Of a stretch of DNA of 64,000 nt, positions 18,736 to 28,578 are shown piece after piece; the first letter of the stretch is position 1, and every line of letters starts with the position of its first letter. The notes under the pieces are model-generated. The model ran no database searches. It was not told the DNA's origin and worked only from the letters and a program-made list of their open reading frames with translations. Source of the stretch: a virus (lineage: Duplodnaviria > Caudoviricetes); the IMG/VR virus record IMGVR_UViG_3300014204_000113, positions 32,001 through 96,000 of that record. The stretch is one strand, 5' to 3'. The translations under genes were made by a program, and so were the position numbers.

Positions 18736-19983
18736 ATGGAACAGATGACAATTGGAAATATAGAAAGAAAAATAATTATCGATCAAGAAATCAAAGCGTT
18801 AATTCCACCAATTTCACCAGAAGAATACAAACAACTTGAAACCAATATTCTAACAGAAGGTTGTCGCGATTCTTTGGTTGTATGGAATGGAATTTTGTTG
18901 GATGGACACAATAGATTATCTATTTGTGAAAGATATAATATTTCATATAATATAAAAAACATTGAATTTGATGATCGTGATGCTGCTAAATTGTGGGTCT
19001 ATGAAAACCAACTTGGTAGACGAAATTTAACAACTGACCAAACAGCATCAATAGGTTTTGCGATTCTTGAACTAAGAACAGCAATAGAAAAGAAATTAAG
19101 AGCGCAGAAAGCAGGGGAAAAGCGTGTAGAAACCGCAGAAAGAAAACCAGATGGAACTTTAGGCACCAGCTTGTCGGACAACGTGTCCGACAAGCTGGTG
19201 GTCCCTTCCCAAGCCCAAGCACAGAATTTAGGGATGGTGGGGGAAGTTAATGTAGAACCCAAACCAAAGATAAAAAAAGATTCTCGCGCTTCTGTTGCAA
19301 AGGAGTTAAACATCCCAGAGCGCAAATTAAGGGATATATCTGAAATCGCAAAAACTAAACCAGAAGTTGTTAAAGAAATAGCTAATGGCACAATTACTAT
19401 CGCCCAAGCCAAACGTGAAATTAAACGTGAAGAAACAATTAATAAATTAGAAGACATCAAAGTCAAAGAAGCAAAAGCTGTAGAAGGTGTTTATGACGTT
19501 TTGGTTATAGACCCACCTTGGCCTATGCAAAAAATAGAAAGAGATGTACGTCCAAATCAATCTGAATTTGATTATCCAACAATGACAGAAGAAGAACTTA
19601 ATGAACTTCATATTCCTTCTGCTAATGATTGTCATGTTTGGTTATGGACAACTCATAAATTTCTTCCAATGGCATTTAGACTTTTAGAGGAATGGAATTT
19701 AAAATATGTTTGCACTTTTGTATGGCATAAAGCAGGTGGTTTTCAACCCATAGGATTACCACAATATAATTGTGAATTTGTACTTTATGCTCGTAAAGGT
19801 ACACCTAAATTTGTTGATACAAAAGCGTTCCCCGTTTGTTTTGAAGCACCTCGTGGTGCTCATAGTGAAAAACCAAAAGAATTTTATGAATTAGTTAATA
19901 GAGTTACTGCTGGCAGGCGACTTGATATGTTTTCAAGACGTAAAATTGATGGATTTGATTCTTGGGGGAACGAAGTTGTCTAA
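18736..19983 (+). CDS. ParB-like N-terminal domain fused to MT-A70 family N6-adenine DNA methyltransferase
   Basis: LLDGHNR, NQLGRRNL; DPPW, YPTM, HSEKP, RLDMFSR, WGNE. Confidence 0.9.
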   Translation: MEQMTIGNIERKIIIDQEIKALIPPISPEEYKQLETNILTEGCRDSLVVWNGILLDGHNRLSICERYNISYNIKNIEFDDRDAAKLWVYENQLGRRNLTTDQTASIGFAILELRTAIEKKLRAQKAGEKRVETAERKPDGTLGTSLSDNVSDKLVVPSQAQAQNLGMVGEVNVEPKPKIKKDSRASVAKELNIPERKLRDISEIAKTKPEVVKEIANGTITIAQAKREIKREETINKLEDIKVKEAKAVEGVYDVLVIDPPWPMQKIERDVRPNQSEFDYPTMTEEELNELHIPSANDCHVWLWTTHKFLPMAFRLLEEWNLKYVCTFVWHKAGGFQPIGLPQYNCEFVLYARKGTPKFVDTKAFPVCFEAPRGAHSEKPKEFYELVNRVTAGRRLDMFSRRKIDGFDSWGNEVV

Positions 19984-20515
19984 ATTTTGGAAAGATGACA
20001 AGAAGTGGTCTGATATTTTTATTCCAGAAATAAAACAAATTCTGGGTAAAACTTTTAATGTTGATGAAGACCTTATCGTTGAAGCAGACGATGAAGAAGA
20101 TATGAAACACAACACAGATATTGTTTTGTTAATAAATTCAAAAAGGGTTGCTTGTAGGATAAGGAGACTTTTTTATTATAATAAACATTATTATCGCAAT
20201 GATTTTACAATAAGGACAGACAGACCAAGTGGTAGTAAAACTGAACTTGAAAAAATAAGAGAAGGATGGGGTGATTATTTTTTCTATGGTTTCGGTGATG
20301 AAGAAAAATTATTATGGTGGGGAATAGGCGATTTGAAAACATTCAGAAATTGGTTTGAAGAAAACACAACAATTACAAGATTTGGTGGAGAAATATTTCC
20401 AAGTATTAAACATTCAAACAAGGATGGCTCTAGTGATTTTCATGTCTTTAAATGGAATGACTTACCATCTAACTTTATAATTAAAAAAGCACCGGGATAT
20501 CGTAAAGTAAAATAA
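19976..20515 (+). CDS. Putative PD-(D/E)xK-like nuclease adjacent to MT-A70
   Basis: ED...TD...ACRIR, FTIR, DYFFYG; overlaps MTase stop; function inferred. Confidence 0.45.
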   Translation: MSKFWKDDKKWSDIFIPEIKQILGKTFNVDEDLIVEADDEEDMKHNTDIVLLINSKRVACRIRRLFYYNKHYYRNDFTIRTDRPSGSKTELEKIREGWGDYFFYGFGDEEKLLWWGIGDLKTFRNWFEENTTITRFGGEIFPSIKHSNKDGSSDFHVFKWNDLPSNFIIKKAPGYRKVK

Positions 20516-20521
20516 CCAATC

Positions 20522-21064
20522 ATGCCACTACCATCACTTGAAGAATCTAACCAACAATATATAAATTCTTTCAACAGGTACAAAACTAATACAGAAAGAA
20601 ATAATCAAACATTGAAAAATTACATACTTAAACAAATATTCAATAACCATGATGTAGGCATCATAGCTAGAAAAGATGATAATTTTCATGATATAAACAA
20701 ACTATACATTGAAACATCTACCAAGACTAATTCAGAAGAAGAATACATACCATCTGAATTATACACCAGTAATGATTGGTTATATTACATAGGAGACCAA
20801 CAAACAATTTGGATATTTGGATGCAAACAACTTAAAGAATTACTTAGACCAAGTAGTATGAAATGTAAGTTTAAAAATACTATATTTGGTTTTGACTTTG
20901 GTGAATATGAGGACTGTTTCGATAATTGTGAAAATTGGTTGGAATGTAGAATAGCTAAAGATAGGAAATATGAATTAAAAACTTCTGTGGTATCAAAAGG
21001 GTATATGATGCCTATAGAAGATGCAGATAAGTTTTGTTTGAAGAAGGTAGAAATTAAAATTTAA
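20522..21064 (+). CDS. Hypothetical protein (possible degenerate nuclease)
   Basis: LYIET, WLYYIGD motifs. Confidence 0.45.
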   Translation: MPLPSLEESNQQYINSFNRYKTNTERNNQTLKNYILKQIFNNHDVGIIARKDDNFHDINKLYIETSTKTNSEEEYIPSELYTSNDWLYYIGDQQTIWIFGCKQLKELLRPSSMKCKFKNTIFGFDFGEYEDCFDNCENWLECRIAKDRKYELKTSVVSKGYMMPIEDADKFCLKKVEIKI

Positions 21065-21069
21065 CAGCT

Positions 21070-21151
21070 TCTTGGACTAGGGTGCGCACCCGAAAAAGGA
21101 AGATGCCTCATCATCTTCCTTGTCCAAGATTTAACAGTCTATGAGGAGACT
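21070..21151 (+). promoter_or_regulatory. Structured 5' leader with kissing-loop sequestering the RBS
   Basis: TCTTGGAC/GTCCAAGA outer stem, AAGGAAGATG-CCTCAT-CATCTTCCTT hairpin, AGTCT-ATGAGG-AGACT hairpin; loops complementary. Confidence 0.65.
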
Positions 21152-21156
21152 AAATT

Positions 21157-21873
21157 ATGGCAAAAATTATCAGGATTGTTGATAGAGAAAAAAGAACACC
21201 AAAACCAAAAGATATTTCAAAAACCGTTGATGTTTGGAGAGATTATTTTTCTATCATCACCCAAGAAAAATTAGACAATAATGAATTAACAATACCAGAA
21301 AAATATTTTAAAAAATATAATGATAATTATACAGAAGCAGAAAAAGCATTTATATTTGATGAACAGTGTAGACTAACTAAAGAATTCTACAAAACAATTG
21401 ATGAAGAAAAAGAGAAAGATAAACACCTTTTATCAAAAAGTTTTAAAGATAGTTGGCCACCTTCTTGGGCAATTAGAGATAAGAGGATAAGAGAAATGAG
21501 AAGAAAATTTAGATTTGATGACTTTAATAATTATCTTAGAAGTCAAGCGACTTCAGCAGTTTCATATAAATTAGGAAAAATTCTTCCTAAAGAATTAAAC
21601 AAGAATTATGTTTTAATTCAAATTGATGCAGAAAAAGCAGCCGAAAAACTTGATATGTCAAAATGGACTTTCTATAAATATCGAGAGGCTTTCTTAAAAA
21701 TAGGCATCATAAAAGATTTAGGCAGATGGGGTGAGAAAGAAAACAATCATATTATGGCCATAGGAAATTGGCAAACTTATCCCACTAAAAGAAAACTATG
21801 GTTTTTGAAAGAGACCCCAGAATGGAAGGAAAAACTTAGGAATTTCTCTCTTCATGAACCAAAAAATAAGTAG
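21157..21873 (+). CDS. Putative replication-associated winged-HTH protein
   Basis: AAEKLDMSKWTFYKYREAFLKIGII HTH-like segment; next to AT-rich gap and helicases. Confidence 0.5.
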   Translation: MAKIIRIVDREKRTPKPKDISKTVDVWRDYFSIITQEKLDNNELTIPEKYFKKYNDNYTEAEKAFIFDEQCRLTKEFYKTIDEEKEKDKHLLSKSFKDSWPPSWAIRDKRIREMRRKFRFDDFNNYLRSQATSAVSYKLGKILPKELNKNYVLIQIDAEKAAEKLDMSKWTFYKYREAFLKIGIIKDLGRWGEKENNHIMAIGNWQTYPTKRKLWFLKETPEWKEKLRNFSLHEPKNK

Positions 21874-22293
21874 GTTTTCATTGTATTGAATACAACGAAC
21901 ATTTTGGTCCCAGTACTAATGAACACCTGTTTTTGAGGCTTCTGTTGTATTGGCAAAACTTGCAAGTTGTTTATTTTTAAAGAAAATTAGACACAAGACC
22001 AGCCACAACACTAGTCAACAGACATTTTCATTAGTACCTATATCATGACACAATTTACTTTCTTCTAATTGAAGACCTGTATTATTCATTCCATTCATAA
22101 CACAGGATACTATCTTCAATTATTCAGAAAGTAAATAAGTTTTTCACTTTGTGAAAAACGTAAACATACTAATTTTCAAAAAATTGGTTTCAAAAGGTGA
22201 TTATTTTTTAAAACAAACAACTCTTTTGAAAATTAATTAACTAATAATTTGTTTTTTAAAAAAACAAACCTCTTTGCTACCATCCGATAGGAT

Positions 22294-23193
22294 ATGTTTT
22301 GCCGTAAATTTTTAATTATGCCGAATTCAAAAATTAAGAAGGATATGCCGATGCCAGACACAGCTAGTGAATTAAGACCAGATTATTTTAAAATTATAAA
22401 CCAAGTAACTACAAAACCCGAACCTAAACCAAAAAAAGTACATCGTAAAAATAGAGAATTGGAAGAAATGTTGATTTGTTTTCCTAGATTGCCGAAAGTC
22501 AAGACAACTGAAAAAGCCTATTTGGAATGTGGCAAAGTTATCAGAGCATTAAAAAATGGTTTGTATGAAACTTATGGAATGGAATTAGTTGATAAAATAT
22601 CTGCTAACTTGAAACCAGAAGGAATAACCAAAAGCCAAGTGTTGAAAGTATTCCGTATTGAATATTCCAAAGAAGAAAGATTTGAATTTTATTCCAGACT
22701 CGAACAATTGAAAGACCCGAAGTATATTCCTAATTTAAAAACCAACAATATAAAATTAAACACCGCGCTTTGGAATGAATTTGGTTTAGGCATAAAGTCT
22801 TGGTTGGTTTACGTGATGATTAAACCACCTGTCAAAAAACTTGAATGGACTGATGATGAATTACAACAAAGAAATAACGCTTTGAAGCAATTGAAAGAAG
22901 CATGGGAAAACATGAATGACAATAGAATTGATAATGTTTTGAAATGGCTGCATATCCATTATAAAAAAGACTTGGTTAATGAAGATGGTAAATTAGGTGA
23001 ATTATGCAGTGGTGGTTTTGATAAATTCATAAGCAGATATATCGCTTGGATGATGGTTTACTATGGTGATATGGTTGATAAAGATGATGCCATAGTTAAT
23101 GTTGGATGGTTAGATAAGAAGTCTAAGCCATTTAGGAAATTTATGGAAACATACAAAAATTATATGGACCATTTAATGGAATGCGTGAGATAA
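22294..23193 (+). CDS. Hypothetical protein (replication region)
   Basis: Long ORF; start uncertain. Confidence 0.6.
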   Translation: MFCRKFLIMPNSKIKKDMPMPDTASELRPDYFKIINQVTTKPEPKPKKVHRKNRELEEMLICFPRLPKVKTTEKAYLECGKVIRALKNGLYETYGMELVDKISANLKPEGITKSQVLKVFRIEYSKEERFEFYSRLEQLKDPKYIPNLKTNNIKLNTALWNEFGLGIKSWLVYVMIKPPVKKLEWTDDELQQRNNALKQLKEAWENMNDNRIDNVLKWLHIHYKKDLVNEDGKLGELCSGGFDKFISRYIAWMMVYYGDMVDKDDAIVNVGWLDKKSKPFRKFMETYKNYMDHLMECVR

Positions 23194-23231
23194 TAAAGAA
23201 AGTGAATTTAATATTTGATAAGGAATAAACC

Positions 23232-23426
23232 ATGAAACATTATAAAATTGGTTCAAGATTCTTAATTAATGGCGAAAGATATATCTTAACGCAAGTCAAT
23301 CAAATGGAAGTATATTTAGTTAATGTCACAACTGGTGTACAATTTGGCAATAAACTTACTTTTGAGTCTATATCAGAAAAAGACTTTAAAGACATCTGTA
23401 ATAAAGAATATAAACTTATAGGATGA
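23232..23426 (+). CDS. Hypothetical protein
   Basis: ORF with AAGGA RBS. Confidence 0.5.
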   Translation: MKHYKIGSRFLINGERYILTQVNQMEVYLVNVTTGVQFGNKLTFESISEKDFKDICNKEYKLIG

Positions 23427-23429
23427 GAT

Positions 23430-23690
23430 ATGAATAATATAAAAATAATTACAAATGACCTTGGAGAATTTATAATGGTTAATGATGATAACCAAACAGA
23501 ATGTGGATGTTTTGAAGAAGAATATGAAGAAGTTGTATTATCTAAAGAAAAGGTTGAAAATATAGTCTATATGTTTGAAAAGATATTGAGTATTCTTTAT
23601 GTGAATATTGAATTAGGTAGCATAAAAACTGTCCAACTTTTGAAAAAATTGGAAGGCAATATGAAAAATATTGTAGAGGATTTGTCTTGA
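23430..23690 (+). CDS. Hypothetical protein
   Basis: ORF in operon. Confidence 0.5.
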   Translation: MNNIKIITNDLGEFIMVNDDNQTECGCFEEEYEEVVLSKEKVENIVYMFEKILSILYVNIELGSIKTVQLLKKLEGNMKNIVEDLS

Positions 23691-25066
23691 TGCTTTCATT
23701 AATAGTAGATTCAAGACTGCGCCTTCCTCTTGGTCAACTCTCACCAGGATTGTTGGAAAAAATAAAGAAAGAGTTTGAATTCAAAAATCCTCAATACTAT
23801 ATTAATAAGGCTCGAAACTATAGCAATTATAAAACTCCCGAGGTAATTAAAGCTCACAAACAAACAAAGAAGGAACTTACTTTACCTAGAGGAACAACTT
23901 CAAATGTCATATCTTTGTTGGAAGATGAAGGAATAGAATATCAAGTAATAAATAAAACAAGAATGTTGCCGAAAGTGGATTTTGAATTTCATGGCGAATT
24001 GAGAGAAACACAGATAGAGCCAGTTGAAGCTATTCTAAGTAGGAAGTTTTCAACTTTGTCTGCGCCTCCAGGATCAGGCAAGACGACAATTTCTTTATAT
24101 ACCGTTGCTAAGAGAAGCCAAAAAACACTTGTAATTGTTCACACAAAGGCGCTTCTTGTCCAATGGCAAGAAAGGATAGAACAATTTCTTGGAATAGATA
24201 GAAAAGATATTGGTACGATAGTAGAAGGAAAAATTAAATTAGGCGAAAAAATAACAGTAGGTATGGTTCAAACATTAACAAAATGCAGTCATAAAGTCAA
24301 ACCATATATAGGTTATATAATTTGTGATGAATGCCATCACCAACCTGCAAAATCCTTCTCTGATGTTGTTTCTGTTTTTGATTCAGCATATAGTGTTGGT
24401 TTAAGCGCAACTCATGTGCGTAGAGACAAACTTGAAAGACTTATAGCATGGTATCTTGGTCCAATAGTTTCTGTTGTGGGATTAAATGACCTTATCAAAC
24501 AAGGTAATGTTATGATGGTAGAACCTATAATAAGAGAGACAAATTTTCGTTCAAATCTGATGGAACCCAGTTGGTCAAATTTAATATCTGAGTTGATTTT
24601 AGATGAAGAAAGAAATTTATTGATAGCAAATGATGTAGTTAAAGAATCTAAAAAGGGACCATGTGTGGTCTTATCAGATAGGAAAGCACATTGTGAAATT
24701 TTGACTAGTTTGATTGATAGTTTTGGAATTGATGTTGAAATGGTTACTGGCGATGTCAAAGGAGAAGACAGAGATAATATTTTAAAGAAATTGAAGGAAA
24801 AGAAAATAGACGTAATAGTTGCAACCGGACAACTGCTTGGAGAGGGTTTTGATGAAAAGTCTTTGACTGCATTATTTCTGACAACACCAATCTCTTGGGC
24901 TGGAAGGTTAACACAATATCTAGGAAGAATTTCTCGAATATGTGATGGAAAAACACGAAGCGTGGCATACGACTATAAGGACACCTTTTGTGATTATCTA
25001 ATGAAGGCTTTCGAAGAAAGAATGCGCACTTATCGTAAATTAAAAAAACAAAGTTTAAAGAAATAA
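23687..25066 (+). CDS. SF2 DExH helicase (UvsW/ResIII-like)
   Basis: PPGSGKT, DECHH, GLSAT, GEGFD, QYLGRI.R. Confidence 0.92.
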   Translation: MMLSLIVDSRLRLPLGQLSPGLLEKIKKEFEFKNPQYYINKARNYSNYKTPEVIKAHKQTKKELTLPRGTTSNVISLLEDEGIEYQVINKTRMLPKVDFEFHGELRETQIEPVEAILSRKFSTLSAPPGSGKTTISLYTVAKRSQKTLVIVHTKALLVQWQERIEQFLGIDRKDIGTIVEGKIKLGEKITVGMVQTLTKCSHKVKPYIGYIICDECHHQPAKSFSDVVSVFDSAYSVGLSATHVRRDKLERLIAWYLGPIVSVVGLNDLIKQGNVMMVEPIIRETNFRSNLMEPSWSNLISELILDEERNLLIANDVVKESKKGPCVVLSDRKAHCEILTSLIDSFGIDVEMVTGDVKGEDRDNILKKLKEKKIDVIVATGQLLGEGFDEKSLTALFLTTPISWAGRLTQYLGRISRICDGKTRSVAYDYKDTFCDYLMKAFEERMRTYRKLKKQSLKK

Positions 25067-25070
25067 ATAT

Positions 25071-26606
25071 ATGACTGAAAAATCTCAATTTTCCAGAAAA
25101 CGCCTCGACTTTTCGATAGAGGGAAGGATATTAACTTCTCTCATTATGTCTGATAAGTTTATTCAGAACGTTGCTCTGATGCTGAAAATTGAATATTTTA
25201 CCAATGCTTTCTCTCGTACTATTGCTATTTGGTGTCTTGATTACTATAAGATTTATGGAAAGTCTATTAAAAAAGATATTCAAAATGTTTACGAATCAAA
25301 TAGACGTTCTGGTCAGATAAGAGAAGATGCAGATTTGATAGCCTCGTTTTTGCAAGGACTTTCCACTAAATTTGAAGAAGAATTGGAAGAAAGTGAAACA
25401 TATAATTTAGAATATCACTTGGATCAGGCAGAAGCATATTTTAAAGAGAGAGCATTAACTTTACTTTCTGACAATCTGCAACAAGCATTAACTAACGGAA
25501 GAATTTTAGAAGCGCATGAAGCAGTAGCTACATTCAGAGTGCCAGACAGGGTAATGGAAATAGGCTCTGAGCCATTTGATAACCCAGATTTAGTAAAGAA
25601 AGCATTAGAGAAGAAGAATGGTTTTTTTAAGATGCCAGGAGCACTTGGCAAAATGATGGGAGACTCAAAAAGAAGTACATTAGCTGCGATTGCAGCACCG
25701 ATGGGATTCGGCAAAACGAGTTATATGCTTGACTTCGCTTTACAAGCCTATTATAGCAGATTAAATGTAGCTTTCTTCTCTCTTGAAATGGCAGAAGATG
25801 AAGTGACAGAAAGGATGGCAAGAGCCATCACTGCATCACCTAGAAAATCAGGAAAATATTTATTTCCAGTTTGGGACTGTCTAAATAACCAATTGGGAAC
25901 TTGTAAAAAGAGAGGTTTTGAAAATCCTACCATAGCAAGAAGTATTCAAAAAGGCAGAAGCACTATAATTGAAAGAGACGACTTTCCAGTACATAATTAT
26001 CGACCATGTACTCAATGTGATAAATTCAAAGTTACTGCATGGTGGGAAGAAATTGATAAGAAAGGAATATCTACTAAAGAAGCAATTCAGAAATTTAAAG
26101 GTTTGAAAGAAACGTTTTCTTCCAGATTCAAATTGGTATCTTGGCCTATGTACTCAGCAGGATTACAGGAAATTATTTCTTGTCTAAGAATATGGGAAAA
26201 CATGGAAGGTTTTATACCAGATTTGATAGTAGTTGATTATGCAGATTTACTTAAACCAGAATCTAATCAGAAAGAAGAAAGGCATAATCTAGATAGAATT
26301 TGGAAAGGATTAAAAGCTCTGTCTCAATCTACCAAAACTTTGGTTTTGACAGGGACGCAGACCAGAAGAAGCACTCTAGAAAAAGGTGAGGTTGGACAAG
26401 CTGACATGGCAGAGGACATTAGAAAATTGGCTCATGTGGACGCTATGTGGGGCTTGAGCCAAACGCCTGATGAGAAAAGGTGGGGTTTGGCTAGGATAGG
26501 AATGCTGAAGCAGAGGCATGACGAATTCGATGTGGTTTCACAATGTTACATATTGCAACAGTTGAAATGTGGTCAGTTTTGCTTGGATTCAAAGCTCAAA
26601 AAATAA
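25071..26606 (+). CDS. DnaB-like replicative helicase
   Basis: APMGFGKT, SLEM, VVDYADLL, TQ, AEDIRK; internal Cys-rich insertion. Confidence 0.88.
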   Translation: MTEKSQFSRKRLDFSIEGRILTSLIMSDKFIQNVALMLKIEYFTNAFSRTIAIWCLDYYKIYGKSIKKDIQNVYESNRRSGQIREDADLIASFLQGLSTKFEEELEESETYNLEYHLDQAEAYFKERALTLLSDNLQQALTNGRILEAHEAVATFRVPDRVMEIGSEPFDNPDLVKKALEKKNGFFKMPGALGKMMGDSKRSTLAAIAAPMGFGKTSYMLDFALQAYYSRLNVAFFSLEMAEDEVTERMARAITASPRKSGKYLFPVWDCLNNQLGTCKKRGFENPTIARSIQKGRSTIIERDDFPVHNYRPCTQCDKFKVTAWWEEIDKKGISTKEAIQKFKGLKETFSSRFKLVSWPMYSAGLQEIISCLRIWENMEGFIPDLIVVDYADLLKPESNQKEERHNLDRIWKGLKALSQSTKTLVLTGTQTRRSTLEKGEVGQADMAEDIRKLAHVDAMWGLSQTPDEKRWGLARIGMLKQRHDEFDVVSQCYILQQLKCGQFCLDSKLKK

Positions 26607-26642
26607 TTTCAAGAAAGTGAAAATAATTCTTGACAAGGGATT

Positions 26643-27131
26643 TTGATGGTCTATAATATAGGAAAATTAAGAAGGGGAGGGAAATTTTTGGATACAACTC
26701 ACGAAGAAGAATTAAAAATTCTAGGCAAAGAATTGATGGGTTGGACTCTTTTTGGGATTTCTCCTGCTGAATATACATTGACAATAAAAATGGACGAAGA
26801 TGAATTTGCAATTATGTCAGCCGCGGCAAATTCAGAAGGTAAATTTCTTCGAGGAAAAATTAAAGATATGGTGGATCAACATTTACGCGCTGTCCAAATG
26901 GTTTATAATATAAAGAAAGAAAATAAAAAATATGAATTAATCTATGAAAACATTGATAATCCAGATAAAAACTATACAGATATCGTGAGTAGCATCACGA
27001 TAGGCCAAATGGAAGAAGTTTTTGGAGATTTTGATAAAAAATCTAAAATTGGGGACAAAATAGAAAAACTTTATAATAGTATTTATTACAAAGTTGAATG
27101 TATTGGATTTTTTAATCGTCATGGATTATAA
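26643..27131 (+). CDS. Hypothetical protein
   Basis: ORF downstream of TTGACA-16-TATAAT at 26630; true start probably later. Confidence 0.5.
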   Translation: MMVYNIGKLRRGGKFLDTTHEEELKILGKELMGWTLFGISPAEYTLTIKMDEDEFAIMSAAANSEGKFLRGKIKDMVDQHLRAVQMVYNIKKENKKYELIYENIDNPDKNYTDIVSSITIGQMEEVFGDFDKKSKIGDKIEKLYNSIYYKVECIGFFNRHGL

Positions 27132-27172
27132 TTAAATTGTTTAATAAATTCTAAATACAAGGAGGATAAATT

Positions 27173-27481
27173 ATGGAAGACCTTTTTGATTTTGTTTGTG
27201 AATTTGGGCTATTTTTTATTGGGGGATTTTTGTTTATTGCTCTTCTTCTCTTGCCGTTCAATTATTACTCGACTAAAAGCGAAATAGTCGAATTCAAATC
27301 AATTCAATCTACTTTGGAAAACGCTCGCGAAAATAAAAACGCCAGTCCTTATGAAATTGCTGCCATCCAACAAAAAGTTGTGGACGCCAACAAATGGTTG
27401 GCTAGCAATCAATATTGGAACGACACCGTTTTAGGTTGGTATATTCCTGACGAAGTTGACGATTTGAAACCGATAAAGTAA
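27173..27481 (+). CDS. Membrane-anchored hypothetical protein
   Basis: N-terminal TM; AGGAGG RBS. Confidence 0.6.
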   Translation: MEDLFDFVCEFGLFFIGGFLFIALLLLPFNYYSTKSEIVEFKSIQSTLENARENKNASPYEIAAIQQKVVDANKWLASNQYWNDTVLGWYIPDEVDDLKPIK

Positions 27482-27733
27482 TGATATATGAAAACCAAAG
27501 GTAAATATTTTTGGAAATATGATGGGAAATTAAAATGAAACATAAAAAGGCAACTTGTCCTAATTGTGGCAGAACAGTTGATGTTGATGAAAATGGAGAA
27601 TTCTTATGTCATCGTAAAAAAATAATGGGAAAGAAAGTTGTTTGTAGTAATCATAGAAAGCTTAAATCAAAGAAAAGATTGTGGCCAGCTAAAGGTGGAT
27701 TAATTTTAATCGATAATTAAGGAGGATATAACA

Positions 27734-28057
27734 ATGATTGGATCAACCAAAGAAAGTGTCACAACCATAATATCTTCTTGTCTTCATTGTGAATATCTTC
27801 ATCAAGGAAAATATATTTACCCATCACATCTTAAACCACCACTATTTTTTGAAAGTTTTTGTAGACATCCTGATATAATCAAACATTTTGGCAGTGGTCT
27901 TGGATTGCCAGATGGGAAAGCAGGAAAAACACTTGAAGAAATTAAGAATCCAGAAAGCACCATAACTCCAAGTTGGTGTCCTGTGAACAAACCAGTTAGC
28001 GAATGGCCAACAGTGATGAAAAGAATAAATAGAATAGAAAACGGTGATATAAAATGA
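27734..28057 (+). CDS. Cys-rich hypothetical protein
   Basis: CLHC..C..PSWCP; AGGAGG RBS. Confidence 0.55.
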   Translation: MIGSTKESVTTIISSCLHCEYLHQGKYIYPSHLKPPLFFESFCRHPDIIKHFGSGLGLPDGKAGKTLEEIKNPESTITPSWCPVNKPVSEWPTVMKRINRIENGDIK

Positions 28058-28285
28058 ACATTCTATGTAAAAGTTGTGGTGATCCCATCAACCATCTTTC
28101 TCTTTTGTTGAAAGGAGAAGAAGTTTTCGGCAATGGTTCCGCGACCAATGAAGGCGATTGCCTATCTTGCTATTTCATCAAGAATCCAATAGGAAGTGAG
28201 CCTGAGTGGTTCAAGGATTTGGAAAGATGGGGTTGTCTGGATTTTATGAACTGAAAAATTATTTTCAATTTTCCCAACTTTTCTC

Positions 28286-28314
28286 TTGCGCTATGGGTTT
28301 TGGCATTCTATAAT
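28286..28314 (+). promoter_or_regulatory. Promoter upstream of tRNA-Pro
   Basis: TTGCGC-17-TATAAT. Confidence 0.65.
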
Positions 28315-28333
28315 ATAGGTAATAAAAGATTTT

Positions 28334-28408
28334 GTGAGTGTAGCTCAGAGGTAGAGTGCAGGTTTTGGGAACCTGAAGTCAGGATTTCGAAATTCCCCAC
28401 TCGCACCA
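28334..28408 (+). tRNA. tRNA-Pro(TGG), non-canonical T arm
   Basis: GTGAGTG/CACTCGC acceptor, CAGGT-TTTGGGA-ACCTG anticodon arm, encoded CCA. Confidence 0.8.
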
Positions 28409-28428
28409 ATTAAAAAGTTTAAATAAGT

Positions 28429-28551
28429 TTAGGCAAAAGAGATTCCTATAAATTATACAATCATAATGTTAATATCTCTCGCCTAATCAGTAAAAGTTTT
28501 GAGGCAAACAGGGTTCCTATAAAATTCATTGGCGAAATTACCCTCGGCCTC
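28429..28551 (+). ncRNA. Two tandem copies of a structured RNA motif (28429-28486, 28501-28551)
   Basis: AGGC-AAA(C)-AGRGxT-TCCTATAAA...AxCYCT-C(G)-GCCT with compensatory stem changes. Confidence 0.6.
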
Positions 28552-28578
28552 TAATAAAATGAAGGAGGACAAATTCAC

